Assembly (NCBI GenBank): GCA_002633005.1
Contig: NMRA01000801.1
Span: 76,600-140,599, forward strand
DNA: 64,000 bases
Source: Phoronis australis
Taxonomy: Eukaryota; Animalia; Phoronida
Direction of reading: 5' to 3'
Shown piece by piece: positions 10,701 through 21,472 of the stretch. The position numbers and the translations under genes were made by a program. The first letter of the stretch is position 1; each line of letters starts with the position of its first letter. The notes beneath the pieces are model-generated. The model did not search any database. It was not told the origin of the DNA and saw only the letters and a program-made list of their open reading frames with translations.

Positions 10701-13700
10701 CAAAGGTGGAATTTCACACTTTAGTGGGAAGAGAGGTCAGAATCATTTATTGTACGTTTAGAACGTTTATTTGAGAATCTGTTACTTTACTTTTTGTAGC
10801 TTAAGAATGTGAAGTTTAACTAATAAAAATTTTTGAAAATGGAACTTGGTACATTGAAAATGACACATCCAAAAACAAAATGGCCGACTTCGACCGCCCT
10901 AGTTTAAAGCAAAGCCAGCGAGCTATCTGTAAGAAGAGTCGTAAGACTATGCCAATAGTTAAAATACAGCTAGGTACCGCTGTGTTTTAATTTTCCATAG
11001 ACCAGGGTAGTTCTGCTCGTCACCTGGCTGGGAAACTTGTATCAACATGTAAAGCTAAAGACTGGACGGTGTAATGGCTTTTGGAGAGAGAGAGGAGTGA
11101 AGAAGCCGTCTACTACTTTATTGCGGACTGACTAATTACTGTACAACAACATGTTTTTGCAATACACAAGACCACATGCATATGAGTCAAATTTCATAGA
11201 ACTGTTTGACAAGACTTATATTAATAAACCATTCTAGCTAATTGTGCCATATAAGGTAAGTGTAGTTCTAGTACAAATCACAATACTATTACAGACGGGG
11301 AGCATGCAAAATCTGGGAATCAACCGACACTCACCTACAGGCATCCTCGGCTTCTGATCGTCCCCAATCTATATATAACAGGGCTCATCATAACGGGCTG
11401 CAGGTCGCATTTGTAACCTGAAATTTGGAAATGTGAGCTGAGATTTTTTTCAGCTCGTATCAAGTCGCAAAATGCGACCTAGAATTTCCAACGTATGCGA
11501 GCTGAGTTTTTGCACTAGTCTCAGCAGATACCTGGCAAATACAAAGCAGCTCTTGTTAATCCGACCGTTATTTGGTTGTTGCCAAATCCAAGTTCAAAAG
11601 AACACTAACCAAGAACAGTCCTCCCGATGACTTGTAAGCATGTCGCGTGAACATGGGACATGCAGAATTGATATTTGACACATTTTATTGGCTAACATTT
11701 TCGGCCACTTTTGCAAATTTCCGGATTCGCTGAAGAAAGTTTCTGGCCTCTGCATAACATGTGAAAAAATGTCTCAAAACAGCAGTGTTTCTACTAATTC
11801 TTAAGCAATCAACCTACCAAACTTTGTGGTGGACAAATATTTTTATTTTCGAGTAAGATGTCCTTATTACATGTACCAAATATCCACGAAAATATCCCTG
11901 ATATCGCACTGCGGCACTGGTCGGTCCCGTTGTTAGCGCGCAAGCGGTCCCGGAAGACGATCGTGACTTAGAAATGTGCATCTCGTTTTTTTATCGCATA
12001 AGACAGCCTAAGTGAAAATGACAACCCTATCAATCGCCAAATGATGGCCATGGCTTTAATTTCAGTTGAAAAGAAATTCTCAAACCCCTTTACTTGTTTC
12101 TGGGGCTACGTGCGCGAAATATGATTTCTCTTTCACACGTCTTTAGTTTAGGCCTACTCCAGCAATTCAAGTGCGTGAACTCGCACGTGTGCACCATTTC
12201 AAAGTTGCACATCAAAAGAGAGCAGTAACAGTCCTAAGCGAAAGAGTATACCAGCTTGGCTCTGTTAAGCACCCGGGTACGTGCCAGTGGTTTATTTGAA
12301 AATGAACTTGTATATTCTCGGCGGTTATAGAAGATCCGATGCTTTACGATATTACGCGGGACCAATATGTCGGTAACCCAGAACTTATATTTTCCTGTGA
12401 CGATGTTTCCCTAGGTCGATAATCCCTAAACCCTATATTCTATACCCGTAGCCAGCTATTACAACTAAACAGGTACTAGATGCGAAATTGTGGTTAGGGA
12501 ACTTTTTATTCTTCTCTTCAAAAGGGGTACAGTGTAGGTGGAAACGATATCCAGAATATCACCCCTACTAGATGGAGTTTGCCTCGCAAAATTGTATTAT
12601 TATAACGTTTCTTACCATTGCAGTCTTTTAATATCTTATTACCACAAACACTTAAGTTAACGACTATGCTCACACACAAGCCTATTCCCTACCTTTGAAG
12701 TGTTTCATAATAAGTGCTCACTGATCTACTAAGCATTCCCGCTCAACTTTTGAGAATTTCCAATTAAGCGCCCACAGTTCAGGCTAGCGCCTATCACAGC
12801 GCACTACAAATGACCGCGTGTGGTTTAAAATTGACACACAGCCTAGCTATATAGTGCATCACTCTCATTTTACATAACAAATTCAGTTTTCAAAAAACGT
12901 CTTCTCAATAGGTAAAAACCAAATCCCGTCGTTGTTTCATACCTCCAAAAGAAAGTTAACACTAGTGACATGCGTGTCGTTTTGTGACTGACCTATTTTT
13001 CCGTACTTGGAAGGTATTGAGGAGTAAACTGGAGTTACCCGATGGAAACCTGCACGGTCGGGAATTATTTCGAGGCTATTCGTTTTGTGGAAAACTAATT
13101 GTTGAGTATGTAAACAGCATAAGTACCACATTGTTGTTGTGAAATTTGCACTAAGTTGTTCTGTGCATCCAATCATTCGGTTAGGGCATCGTTTCACAGG
13201 TTTTTTTTGACAGATGTTTTTCAAACTTCGAGTTAAGTTGCAAAATTTGGGCTGCGAACAAAAAGTGGAGGGAATTTGCATTCCGAGTTAGTTTGGATCT
13301 TTAACGACTTTGATGACATCAAGTAGCACGTCAGACCTAGCAAAATCGCGGATACTTTTTCAACGGGCACAACGCAAACTTAGCTACTCGAATGCTCGTG
13401 TCAGTTAGAGAACACTGATTCAACTTTCATGTCGGCAACTTGCCTTGCGCTCTAGAGCCTTTGAATGGCGGTCATGAAGAACAGTAACGCCGTACCTGCA
13501 TGAAGGAACTCAATATTGGGATCTGCAATTTGTATGTATTTAACACTTTAGGTAAGAGCTTAATCGAAACAATTTCTCGATGACCTAAAATCAATTTTGG
13601 CGCTTAAAAATGGCGGGAAAATTTTGCGACCTGGCATTTATGAATGCGAGATGGATTTTGAAAATGTGACCTGGGATTTTGGCTAGATCGCAAAATGCGA

Positions 13701-16700
13701 CCTGGCAATTTTAATAGCGTCGAGCCCTGAACATACACACATATAGTGTTACATAAATATAGGGAGGTTCTGTACATAGGTCAACATACACACATATACA
13801 TAGCTATAGGGAGGTTCTGTACATCAATCAGTCAACTTACACACATATACATATACGTAGCTACAGGGAGGCTCTGTACATAGGTCAACATAAACACAAT
13901 AGTTATAGGGAGGATCTGCACATCAGTCACCATACACACATATACATATAATTGTGCTGCATGTTGCAGGTCGCCCATATAATTGTGCTGTATGTCGCAG
14001 GTCGCCCATATAATTGCGCTATATGTTAGAGGTCACCCATGTAATTGTGCTGTATGTCACAGGTCGCCCGTGTAATTGTGCTGTATGTCGCAGGTCGCCC
14101 GTGTAATTATGCTGTATGTCACAGGTCGCCCATATAATTGTGCTGTATGTCTCAGGTCACCCATATAATTGTGCTGTATGTCACAGGTCGCCCATATTAC
14201 ATCAACGTTCACACTAACGAAACTCAGTGGGAGTTACCAACACAACCAGCCGTTAAACCCATTATGGAGCAAGTGAGGGCATCACACCTGCTTGTCAAGC
14301 ACCGGGATTCACGGCGACCAGCGTCATGGAGGGAGCCTAATATTACGCGTACCAAGGATGAGGCGCTGGAGATCTTAAAAGGTGAATAGAATAATAAAGA
14401 CACATGCTGAGGCATGGCTTAGTATCTCTTCTTGTTCTAGGCCTTCAGTTTCTAATTCTATAGATAAATGTGTTTTCATACTTGTGGTGAAATTTGCAAA
14501 CTGAGCTATGCTATTTTTCGCAGAAATTGTAGACGTTGGAGAATGTGTTTATTTCTGCTTATTTTGGTTTTGATTAGTAGTACGCAGATTTTTACGAATC
14601 AGAGTCTGTAGTGGTTAACAGTTACTGGGTCAATTCAATTTTTATGCACCCACATATTTGTATGTGGACGCATTATGCCATCATCTTCGTCCGGTGTTCG
14701 ACGTCCACTGCTCTATCTCCAAAACCCCTTGATGTATGTTCATGAAATTTTGCACATACGTTCCTTTTGTGGATGGGATGGCATGATCAAACTTTCGGAC
14801 GGATTTGACTACCGGTGTGTCACCTAATTGCAACTTTACTTTTTACATTTACCTCTGTTTCTTCAAAAGTCCTCAACGGATTTTCATAAAATTACGTATG
14901 TAGGCACCTATTAGTGAGATGACACTATCCTCACTTTTTCAGATGGATGCGACGTAATTTGCACCACCTAGTGGCCATTTTTACTGTTTTCGAGTCTTAT
15001 CTTTTGCGTCCACCCCTGTATCAACCAAACCACTCAAAGAATGATTGTGAAAATTGGCATGTACGTTCTTACTATGAAGTGGACGGCTGATGATGATTAT
15101 CCGATGGCTTCGACTACTTTGACACGCCTCCTAGTGGTAGTTTTTTTCACGCTTATGCCTGTATCTCCTAAACTGTTTGCAGGATCTTTACTTAATTTAA
15201 CAAGTGTATTGATATGATGTTGACTACGAACGACGACAACTTCCGGACAGATCTGACTTCTGGTGTACCCCCTAGTGGCAATTTAAGTTTTTACATTTAG
15301 CTCTGTATGTTCAAAGGTCCTCAACAGTTGTTCATAAAATTTTGAATATATGCATCTAATGGTGAGGTGACGCTATCCTCCTGGTTTTGGATGGAATCAA
15401 GATATTTTGCAATACCTGGTGGCCATTTTTGCTGTTTTCGAATCTTGTTTTTGGCGTCCACCCCTCTATCAACCAAATCATTCTTAGGATGATTTTAAAA
15501 ATTGGCATATATGTTCTCAGCGTGAAGGGGACGTTTGATGATGGCGACTGACTACTGTGGCACCTCGTAGTGGTAGTTTTTTTTTGCGCCCATAGCTGTA
15601 TCTCCTAAGCCCACTGCAGGATCTTCAATAAATTTAGTGAGTGTATTTATAATGAATATAACAACAGTTGACGACGACTTTCAGGCGGATCCGACGGGCG
15701 CTGTGCCCACTTAAGTGGCAATTTCATTTTATTCTGGTTTCCTTTGTTTCTCTGAAGTTCCTTGACAGATTTTTATGAAATATGGCATGTTCCCGTTTTT
15801 GGATGGATTGTAAGTTTTTGCGCCATCTAGTGGTCATTTTTATGGTACAAATAAATAACCCTAAAAGCACACCATGTACGATGCATTCGTGGGTGCATTT
15901 CAATGCTCCGCGTTGCTCTTGTTTTAAATTTCTGTTAAAAAAATTGATCACGTTTGTTACCAAAAGTTTCCTGAGGTATATCGCATTGCTGCACTTTCAG
16001 GCCCATGTGCTTATATCCGCAATAACACCATTTTTCACATCATTTTCACACCTAAGTGGTTTGCATTTTGGTGTATGCACCTAAATTTGGTATATAAGCC
16101 GAAGTAGGCAATGTCCCCTGCATAAGCTCATGTATTAATTTTATTTGCATACAAGTGCACCTGTTTTGACTACTGCTGTGTCTTCTAAAGACATTTTTTT
16201 TTGCTTTTGCGTCATTGGAGTTCCTTGGTGTATTTTCAAGAAATTTTTGCTAAACTTATGTCTTGCCTTTTTTGTCCTTTTTTATGCGCCCACATATTTA
16301 TATGTGGACGCATCATGCCGTCATCTCCGTCCGTCCGTACGGGCGGCGTCCGTCCGGCGTCCGCTGCTCTATCTCCAAAACCCTTTGACATAATTTTGTT
16401 CATGAAATTTGGCACATATGTTCCATTCATGAATGGGACGGCATGTGCGAACTTTTGGACGGATCCGACTACCGGTGTGCCCCCTAGTGGCAATTTTAGT
16501 TTTTTACGCTTACCTTTGTATCTTCAAAAGCCCTGAACGGATTTTCATGAAATTTGGTATGTAGGCACTTATTAGTGAGATGACGCTATCCTCCCGTTTT
16601 CAGATGGATTGGACATAGTTTGCGCCACCTAGTGGCCATTTTTAGTGTTTTCGAATGTGTTTTTGTGCGTCAACCCCTCTATCAACCAAACCGCTCAAAG

Positions 16701-18463
16701 GATGATTGTGAAAATTGGCATGTATATGCTTACTATGTAGAGGACGGTTGACGATAATTTTCCGACGATTTCGACTACTGTGGCGCCTCCTAGTGGCAGT
16801 TTTGTTTTTTTTCGCCTGTGGCTGTATCTCCTAAGCCGTTCGCAGGATTTTTACGAAATTGTGTAAGTATATTTATATGATGTTAACAACGGAACATGAN
16901 NNNNNNNNNNNNNNNNNNNNNNNNNNNNNNNNNNNNNNNNNNNNNNNNNNNNNNNNNNNNNNNNNNNNNNNNNNNNNNNNNNNNNNNNNNNNNNNNNNNN
17001 NNNNNNNNNNNNNNNNNNNNNNNNNNNNNNNNNNNNNNNNNNNNNNNNNNNNNNNNNNNNNNNNNNNNNNNNNNNNNNNNNNNNNNNNNNNNNCCCTAGT
17101 GGCAATTTTATATTTTTACGTTTACCTCTTTATCTTCACAAGTCCTAAACGGATTTTCATGAAATTTGGTATGTAGGCACCTATTAGTGCGATGACGCTA
17201 TTCTCCCGTTTTCGGATGGATTCGACCTAGTTTGTGACACCCAGTGGCCATTTTTACTGTTTTTGAGTCTGTTTTTTGGCGTCCACCCCTCTATCAACCA
17301 AACCGCTCTAAGTATGATTGTGAAAATTGGCATGTACTTACTATGAAGAGGACGGTTGACGCTGAATTTCCCATGTCTTTGATTACTGTGGAGCCTCCTA
17401 GTGGCAGTTTTTTTTTGCGCCCATGACTGTATCTCCCAAACCGTTTGCAGGATCTTTACTAAATTTAACAAGTGTATTTATGTGATATTGACAAGGGACG
17501 ATGACGAGTTTAGGATGATTCTGACTACCGGTATGCCTCTAGTGGCAATTTAAATATTTCACATTGACCTCTGTATTTTCATAGGTTTTCAGGTGTATAC
17601 TTTGTGTTACTTCGTGACTATGAAGGAAAAGTTCCAAGTAGAAATTTGTTTCTGGCATTCTAATGCTGTGCTAATCTCGTATGTTGGTAAATTTGTTTTT
17701 AATTCTATGTTTCTGTGGTGCTTTAAGCAACTAATGCATAATAGGATGTGCTTGTATTATGAAGATCACTCACATTTTGAAACCTAGCCTATTGAGGAGG
17801 CAATGACCATGCCTTTCCATTTTGCAAAGTACAACATACTACATATATGCCCTCTACTGGCCACTTTATGGTACCAATAAACAACTCTAGAAGGATACCG
17901 TATATACGGTGCAATTGTGGGCGCATTTCAACGCTCTGCGTTGCTCTTGTTACTATGTGGTTCCTATATTGGGCCATGTGGCTAAGTATCTCATATAAGC
18001 CAGTTCCGCCTGTGGGCCTAATGGCGCGCCAATACAGTACTGCACATATGCCTGAACAGGCATAAAGTAGGGGTGCCTGTTTGCAGAAATTCCTATCACA
18101 GTCCCGTTTTTCAGCTGTTCAATCTGCAGCTGAGATTAAAACATTCACGCCAAGATTCAAGCGTTTTTTAAATAACAGCTTTGCTTTGTTCGTACAGCTT
18201 GTGACTTTGTTAAAGTTCTACATCCTTCATTTACGTTTACAGGTTTTCGTCAAAAGATTGTCTCGGGCGAGGCAACATTAGCAGATCTGGCCAAAATCAA
18301 CAGCGACTGTGGGTCAGCCCAGAAAGGTGGGGATTTGGGATTCTTTGGTCGCGGGCAAATGCAGAAGCCCTTCGAAGATGCCACGTTCGCCTTGGAGGTC
18401 AACCAGCTGAGTGAGCCCATCTTTACAGACTCAGGAATACACATCATTTTACGCACTGCATAA
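7675..18463 (+). CDS. PIN1: Peptidyl-prolyl cis-trans isomerase Pin1 (WW + parvulin PPIase), 3 coding exons: join(7675..7723,14187..14381,18243..18463), 154 aa
   Basis: Manual splicing at GT/AG sites with matching phases (1,1) gives an intact ORF: [34 protein letters not shown]...[21 protein letters not shown]...[86 protein letters not shown]. Hallmark Pin1 motifs are present: two WW tryptophans, [30 protein letters not shown]. Confidence 0.96.
7860..12147 (+). repeat. Near-identical 1.25-kb direct duplication (7860-9123 and 10901-12147), probably two haplotypes assembled in tandem
   Basis: The copies differ only by scattered SNPs and a ~19-bp indel; the first copy ends at a single 'n' join (9124). 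Confidence 0.8.
9452..10900. mobile_element. Young ~1.1-kb non-coding interspersed element, copy 1 (internal 360-bp duplication around the n at 9915)
   Basis: Near-identical to 20380-21472 with the same ends GTATCTTTTGCGCAC...CGACCGCCCTA. Confidence 0.8.
11379..13729. mobile_element. Non-autonomous TIR element (CAGGGCTC...GAGCCCTG, hAT-like) with sub-terminal GCGACCT repeats; left part duplicated from 8354
   Basis: TIRs and inverted sub-terminal motifs CAGGTCGCATTT / AAATGCGACCTGG; contains an ~800-bp segment (12520-13320) shared with 46409-47190; no clear TSD. Confidence 0.6.
13731..13946 (+). repeat. Degenerate minisatellite, ~4 units of 45-55 bp (ATAGGGAGGTTCTGTACATAGGTCAACATACACACAT)
   Basis: Directly visible; abuts the 31-bp acceptor array. 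Confidence 0.8.
13946..14197 (+). repeat. 8 x 31-bp minisatellite made of the PIN1 intron1/exon2 junction (AATTGTGCTGTATGTCACAG|GTCGCCCATAT)
   Basis: AG dinucleotides end at 13969, 14000, 14031, 14062, 14093, 14124, 14155 and 14186 (exact 31-bp period); the last is the true acceptor. Confidence 0.93.
14187..14381 (+). CDS. PIN1: PIN1 coding exon 2 (rest of WW domain, linker, start of PPIase)
   Basis: Acceptor CAG ending 14186; open frame [18 protein letters not shown]...[32 protein letters not shown]; donor GTGAAT at 14382; lies within ORF 14138..14389. Confidence 0.96.
14639..15923 (+). mobile_element. Helentron-associated non-autonomous element (HINE/DINE-1-like) with internal tandem array
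   Basis: T-run start; 5' hairpin ATGCACCCACATA-TTTG-TATGTGGACGCAT; GTCC-type microsatellite; ~145-bp internal repeats; 3' inverted subTIR GTGGGTGCAT and terminal hairpin CAATGC-TCC-GCGTTG. Confidence 0.8.
16278..17951 (+). mobile_element. HINE/DINE-1-like element, copy 2 (contains an assembly gap)
   Basis: ATGCGCCCACATATTTATATGTGGACGCAT, CCGTCCGTCCG, 3' GTGGGCGCAT plus CAACGC-TCT-GCGTTG hairpin. Confidence 0.8.
18243..18463 (+). CDS. PIN1: PIN1 coding exon 3 (PPIase C-terminal half, stop TAA)
   Basis: Pyrimidine-rich acceptor TTTACAG ending 18242; [29 protein letters not shown]...[10 protein letters not shown]. Confidence 0.96.
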
Positions 18464-18804
18464 AATTAACTAAGATTTGAAATTCTTTAGGCATCCCATG
18501 GAAGAGGCTGGTGAACTTTAGTGCTACAACATTCTGGTTCTATGATGTGTATCTTATTCAGTTCCATGTGTTTGCATAATTGTAAAACTGTATACTTCTC
18601 TTATAAGTAACCATAAGGCATGGGTAACATGCTGGAAGACTTTGTGAGATGTTAGATGAGTGCTGTTCATGCTATGCGATCTTCTTAGTAAAAATATATG
18701 GTTCTCATATTAATGAAGTCATTTTTCTTCTGAAGTTGCTGTGCAATTAATCATTAAAGGTTAGTTAACAGACGGAAATTATTCCTGCAATGTCATTGAA
18801 TTGT

Positions 18805-18810
18805 AATAAA
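18805..18810 (+). terminator. Probable PIN1 polyadenylation signal AATAAA
   Basis: AATAAA about 340 nt after the stop codon, followed by T/GT-rich sequence. Confidence 0.6.
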
Positions 18811-19239
18811 AATGATTTTTCTTCCCCAATGTTATATTGTTTTTTGTTCTACTCCTTCAAGTCGTCAAAATGTTTATAATGGCTGGTCCCTTGGGATCAA
18901 TGATTCGTGCCGCCCCCTGGTGGCATTTTTCCACCGAGTAGCATTGTGCAGGGTTTTCTACCAATGCGTCATTGTTTTGCAAGTCTCTTGTCAGACGGTT
19001 GGAAATTGAGCCTTCATATCCCGATGTAGACTTGTGAGATCTTGAATTGAGCTACAAAGCGTGCTTCTTTTGTTGCATAGCCCACAATCAAGGTAGTTGG
19101 GCTCGTACGTCTGTTGAAATTTGTCTATAGTTTCATAGTCCACAATCAATCTAGTTGGGCTAGCACATCTGTTGAGGTGTTTCTGTAGTTTCATAGTCCA
19201 CAATCAATGTTTATAATGGCTGGTCCTTTGGGATCATGA

Positions 19240-20250
19240 TTTGAAAACAGTAAAAATGGCCACCAGGTGATGCAAAATACATCGATTCCATCCAAAAACA
19301 GGATGATAGAGTCATCTCACCAATAGATGCCTATATTCAAAATTTTATGAAAATCTGTTGAGGACCTTTGAAGATACAGACTGGTAAATGTAAAAAACTA
19401 AAATTGCCACTAGGGGGCACACATGAAGTCAGATCCATCCGAAAGCGTTCGTCGTCGTTGATTGTCAACATCATATAAATACACTTGCTAAATTAAGTAA
19501 AGATCCTGCAAATGGTTCGGATACACCCGCCATCAGCACAAAAAAAAAACTGCCACTAGGAGGCGCCACAGTAGTCGAACTCGTCGGAAAATCGTCGTCA
19601 GCCATACACTTCATAGTAAAAACATACATGCAAATTATCCTGAAAGCCATTTGGTTGATAGATCAGTGGACATCAAAAAACAGACATGAAAGCAGCAAAA
19701 ATAGCCACTAGGTGGCACAAACTAGGTCGAATCCATCTGAAAACGAAGAAATACTGTCACCTCATTAACATATAAATATATGCCAAATTTTTTGAAAATA
19801 CATTGAGGACCTTTGAACATACAGAGGTAAACGTAAACAAAAATAAAATTGCCACTAGGTGGCACAACAGTAGTCAGATGCATCTGAAAGTCGTTGTCGT
19901 CGTTAATAACATATCAATACACTTACTAAATTAGGAAAGATCCTGCGAACAGTTTAGGGGATACAGCAATAGGCGCTACAAAAACAAAACTGCCACTAGG
20001 AGGCACCACAGTAGTCGAAGTCGTCGGAAAATCGTCAGCCGTCCACTTTATAGTAAGAACATATATGTCGCCAATTTTCACAATCGTCCTTTGAGCGGTT
20101 TGGTTGATAGAGGGGTGGATGCAAAATAACAGACTTGCAAACAGTAAAAATGGCCACTAGGTGGCGCAAACCATGTGAAATCCATCTGAAGACGGGAGGA
20201 TAGCGTCATCTCACTACTAGGTGCCTATATACCAAATTTTACAAGAATCC
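19240..20250 (-). mobile_element. HINE internal tandem array, reverse orientation, ends missing
   Basis: Repeated GCCACTAGG units, the reverse complement of CCTAGTGGC. Confidence 0.75.
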
Positions 20251-20379
20251 TCATCTCTGTCTGCTACTTTCCCATCAATTCCCCTTTAATTCTTCCCTGT
20301 CTGGTGATGAATTGACGGGGAATGTCAAACATTTTGTCTGAATACTTAAGTCACGTACTGTAGTCACAAAGTAAGACTA

Positions 20380-21472
20380 GTATCTTTTGCGCACTCAACT
20401 CTGGTTACATTTGTATTGCGATTGGTGCATTATTTAGAGGGGGTGGTGTACTCATGAAACCGGGCGAAAATTTTTCTTTTTTCTTGTCGTAGAAATATCC
20501 AATTAATTTTAAATTTTACAAAAAATAGGACTTCTAATAAAAATAAAAATTCTTCGTCAAGATTCCAAAAATTTGATCCTATTTTCGCACACAAATAACC
20601 TTCACACCCCTTCGTAAGGACTATCCTATGTGGGCAAACTCGGTCACTTGCCGGTATGCCGTCCATTTTGGGTGGTTGGCGAATTTTGAGCTCAAGGTCG
20701 AAATTAAACGTCCCGTGGAGTATGAAAATGCAGATGAAGTCCATGAAAAGATTTGGAGATAGTATACTGAGTGTTTCTTGACCTGTTAATGTGAGTTTTG
20801 TTTGATAGGTTAAATTTTCACGCGCGTTAAAAATTTTTAAACGTTGATGTTCGGCACGGCAAAATCACCGACACGCGGAAGTGACGTCACCAGCCAATAT
20901 TTCAAAAGCGGTTTTAGATACACTCACATAACGCTTTTGCGCACGTCGGGGACATGTGACACTTGAATGCAGTTCAGTCCAATTTTTTAAGGGGATGTTG
21001 GTCTATAAAGAACCGGACGAAGAATTTTGAAATAAAAAATTTAACTTGCATTTATTTTGCTCTAAAGTTGAAATTTAACAAAATTTTTATGTTTAAGGAC
21101 GAAATTAAAAATTCTTCGTCCGGAAAGTGAAAATTTGACCTTTCTTTTACATAAAAACATTTAATGCACCCCCCCAACTGGTGAGTCCAACATGCGCAAA
21201 GAGCTGAAAAATGCCTACTTGTCGGTGCCGCGGTTTCACGAGACTGGGATTCCTGAACCTGGACCTTCATTCAAAGGTGGAATTTCACACTTTAGTGGGC
21301 AGAGAGGTCAGACTCATTTATTGTACGTTTAGAAAGTTTATTTGAGAATCTGTTACTTTACTTTTTGTAGCTTAAGAATGTGAAGTTTAACTAATAANAA
21401 ATTTTTGAAAATGGAACTTGGGACATTGAAAATGACCCATCCAAAAACAAAATGGCCGACTTCGACCGCCCT
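20380..21472. mobile_element. Young ~1.1-kb non-coding interspersed element, copy 2
   Basis: Near-identical to 9452-10900. Confidence 0.8.

Noticed and set aside
14138-14186. N-terminal extension [16 protein letters not shown] of the PIN1 exon 2 ORF
   Set aside because: It is intronic minisatellite sequence; the real N-terminus is exon 1 at 7675.
13946-14197. CRISPR-like array
   Set aside because: Units are contiguous with no unique spacers, there are no cas genes, and the context is a eukaryotic intron.
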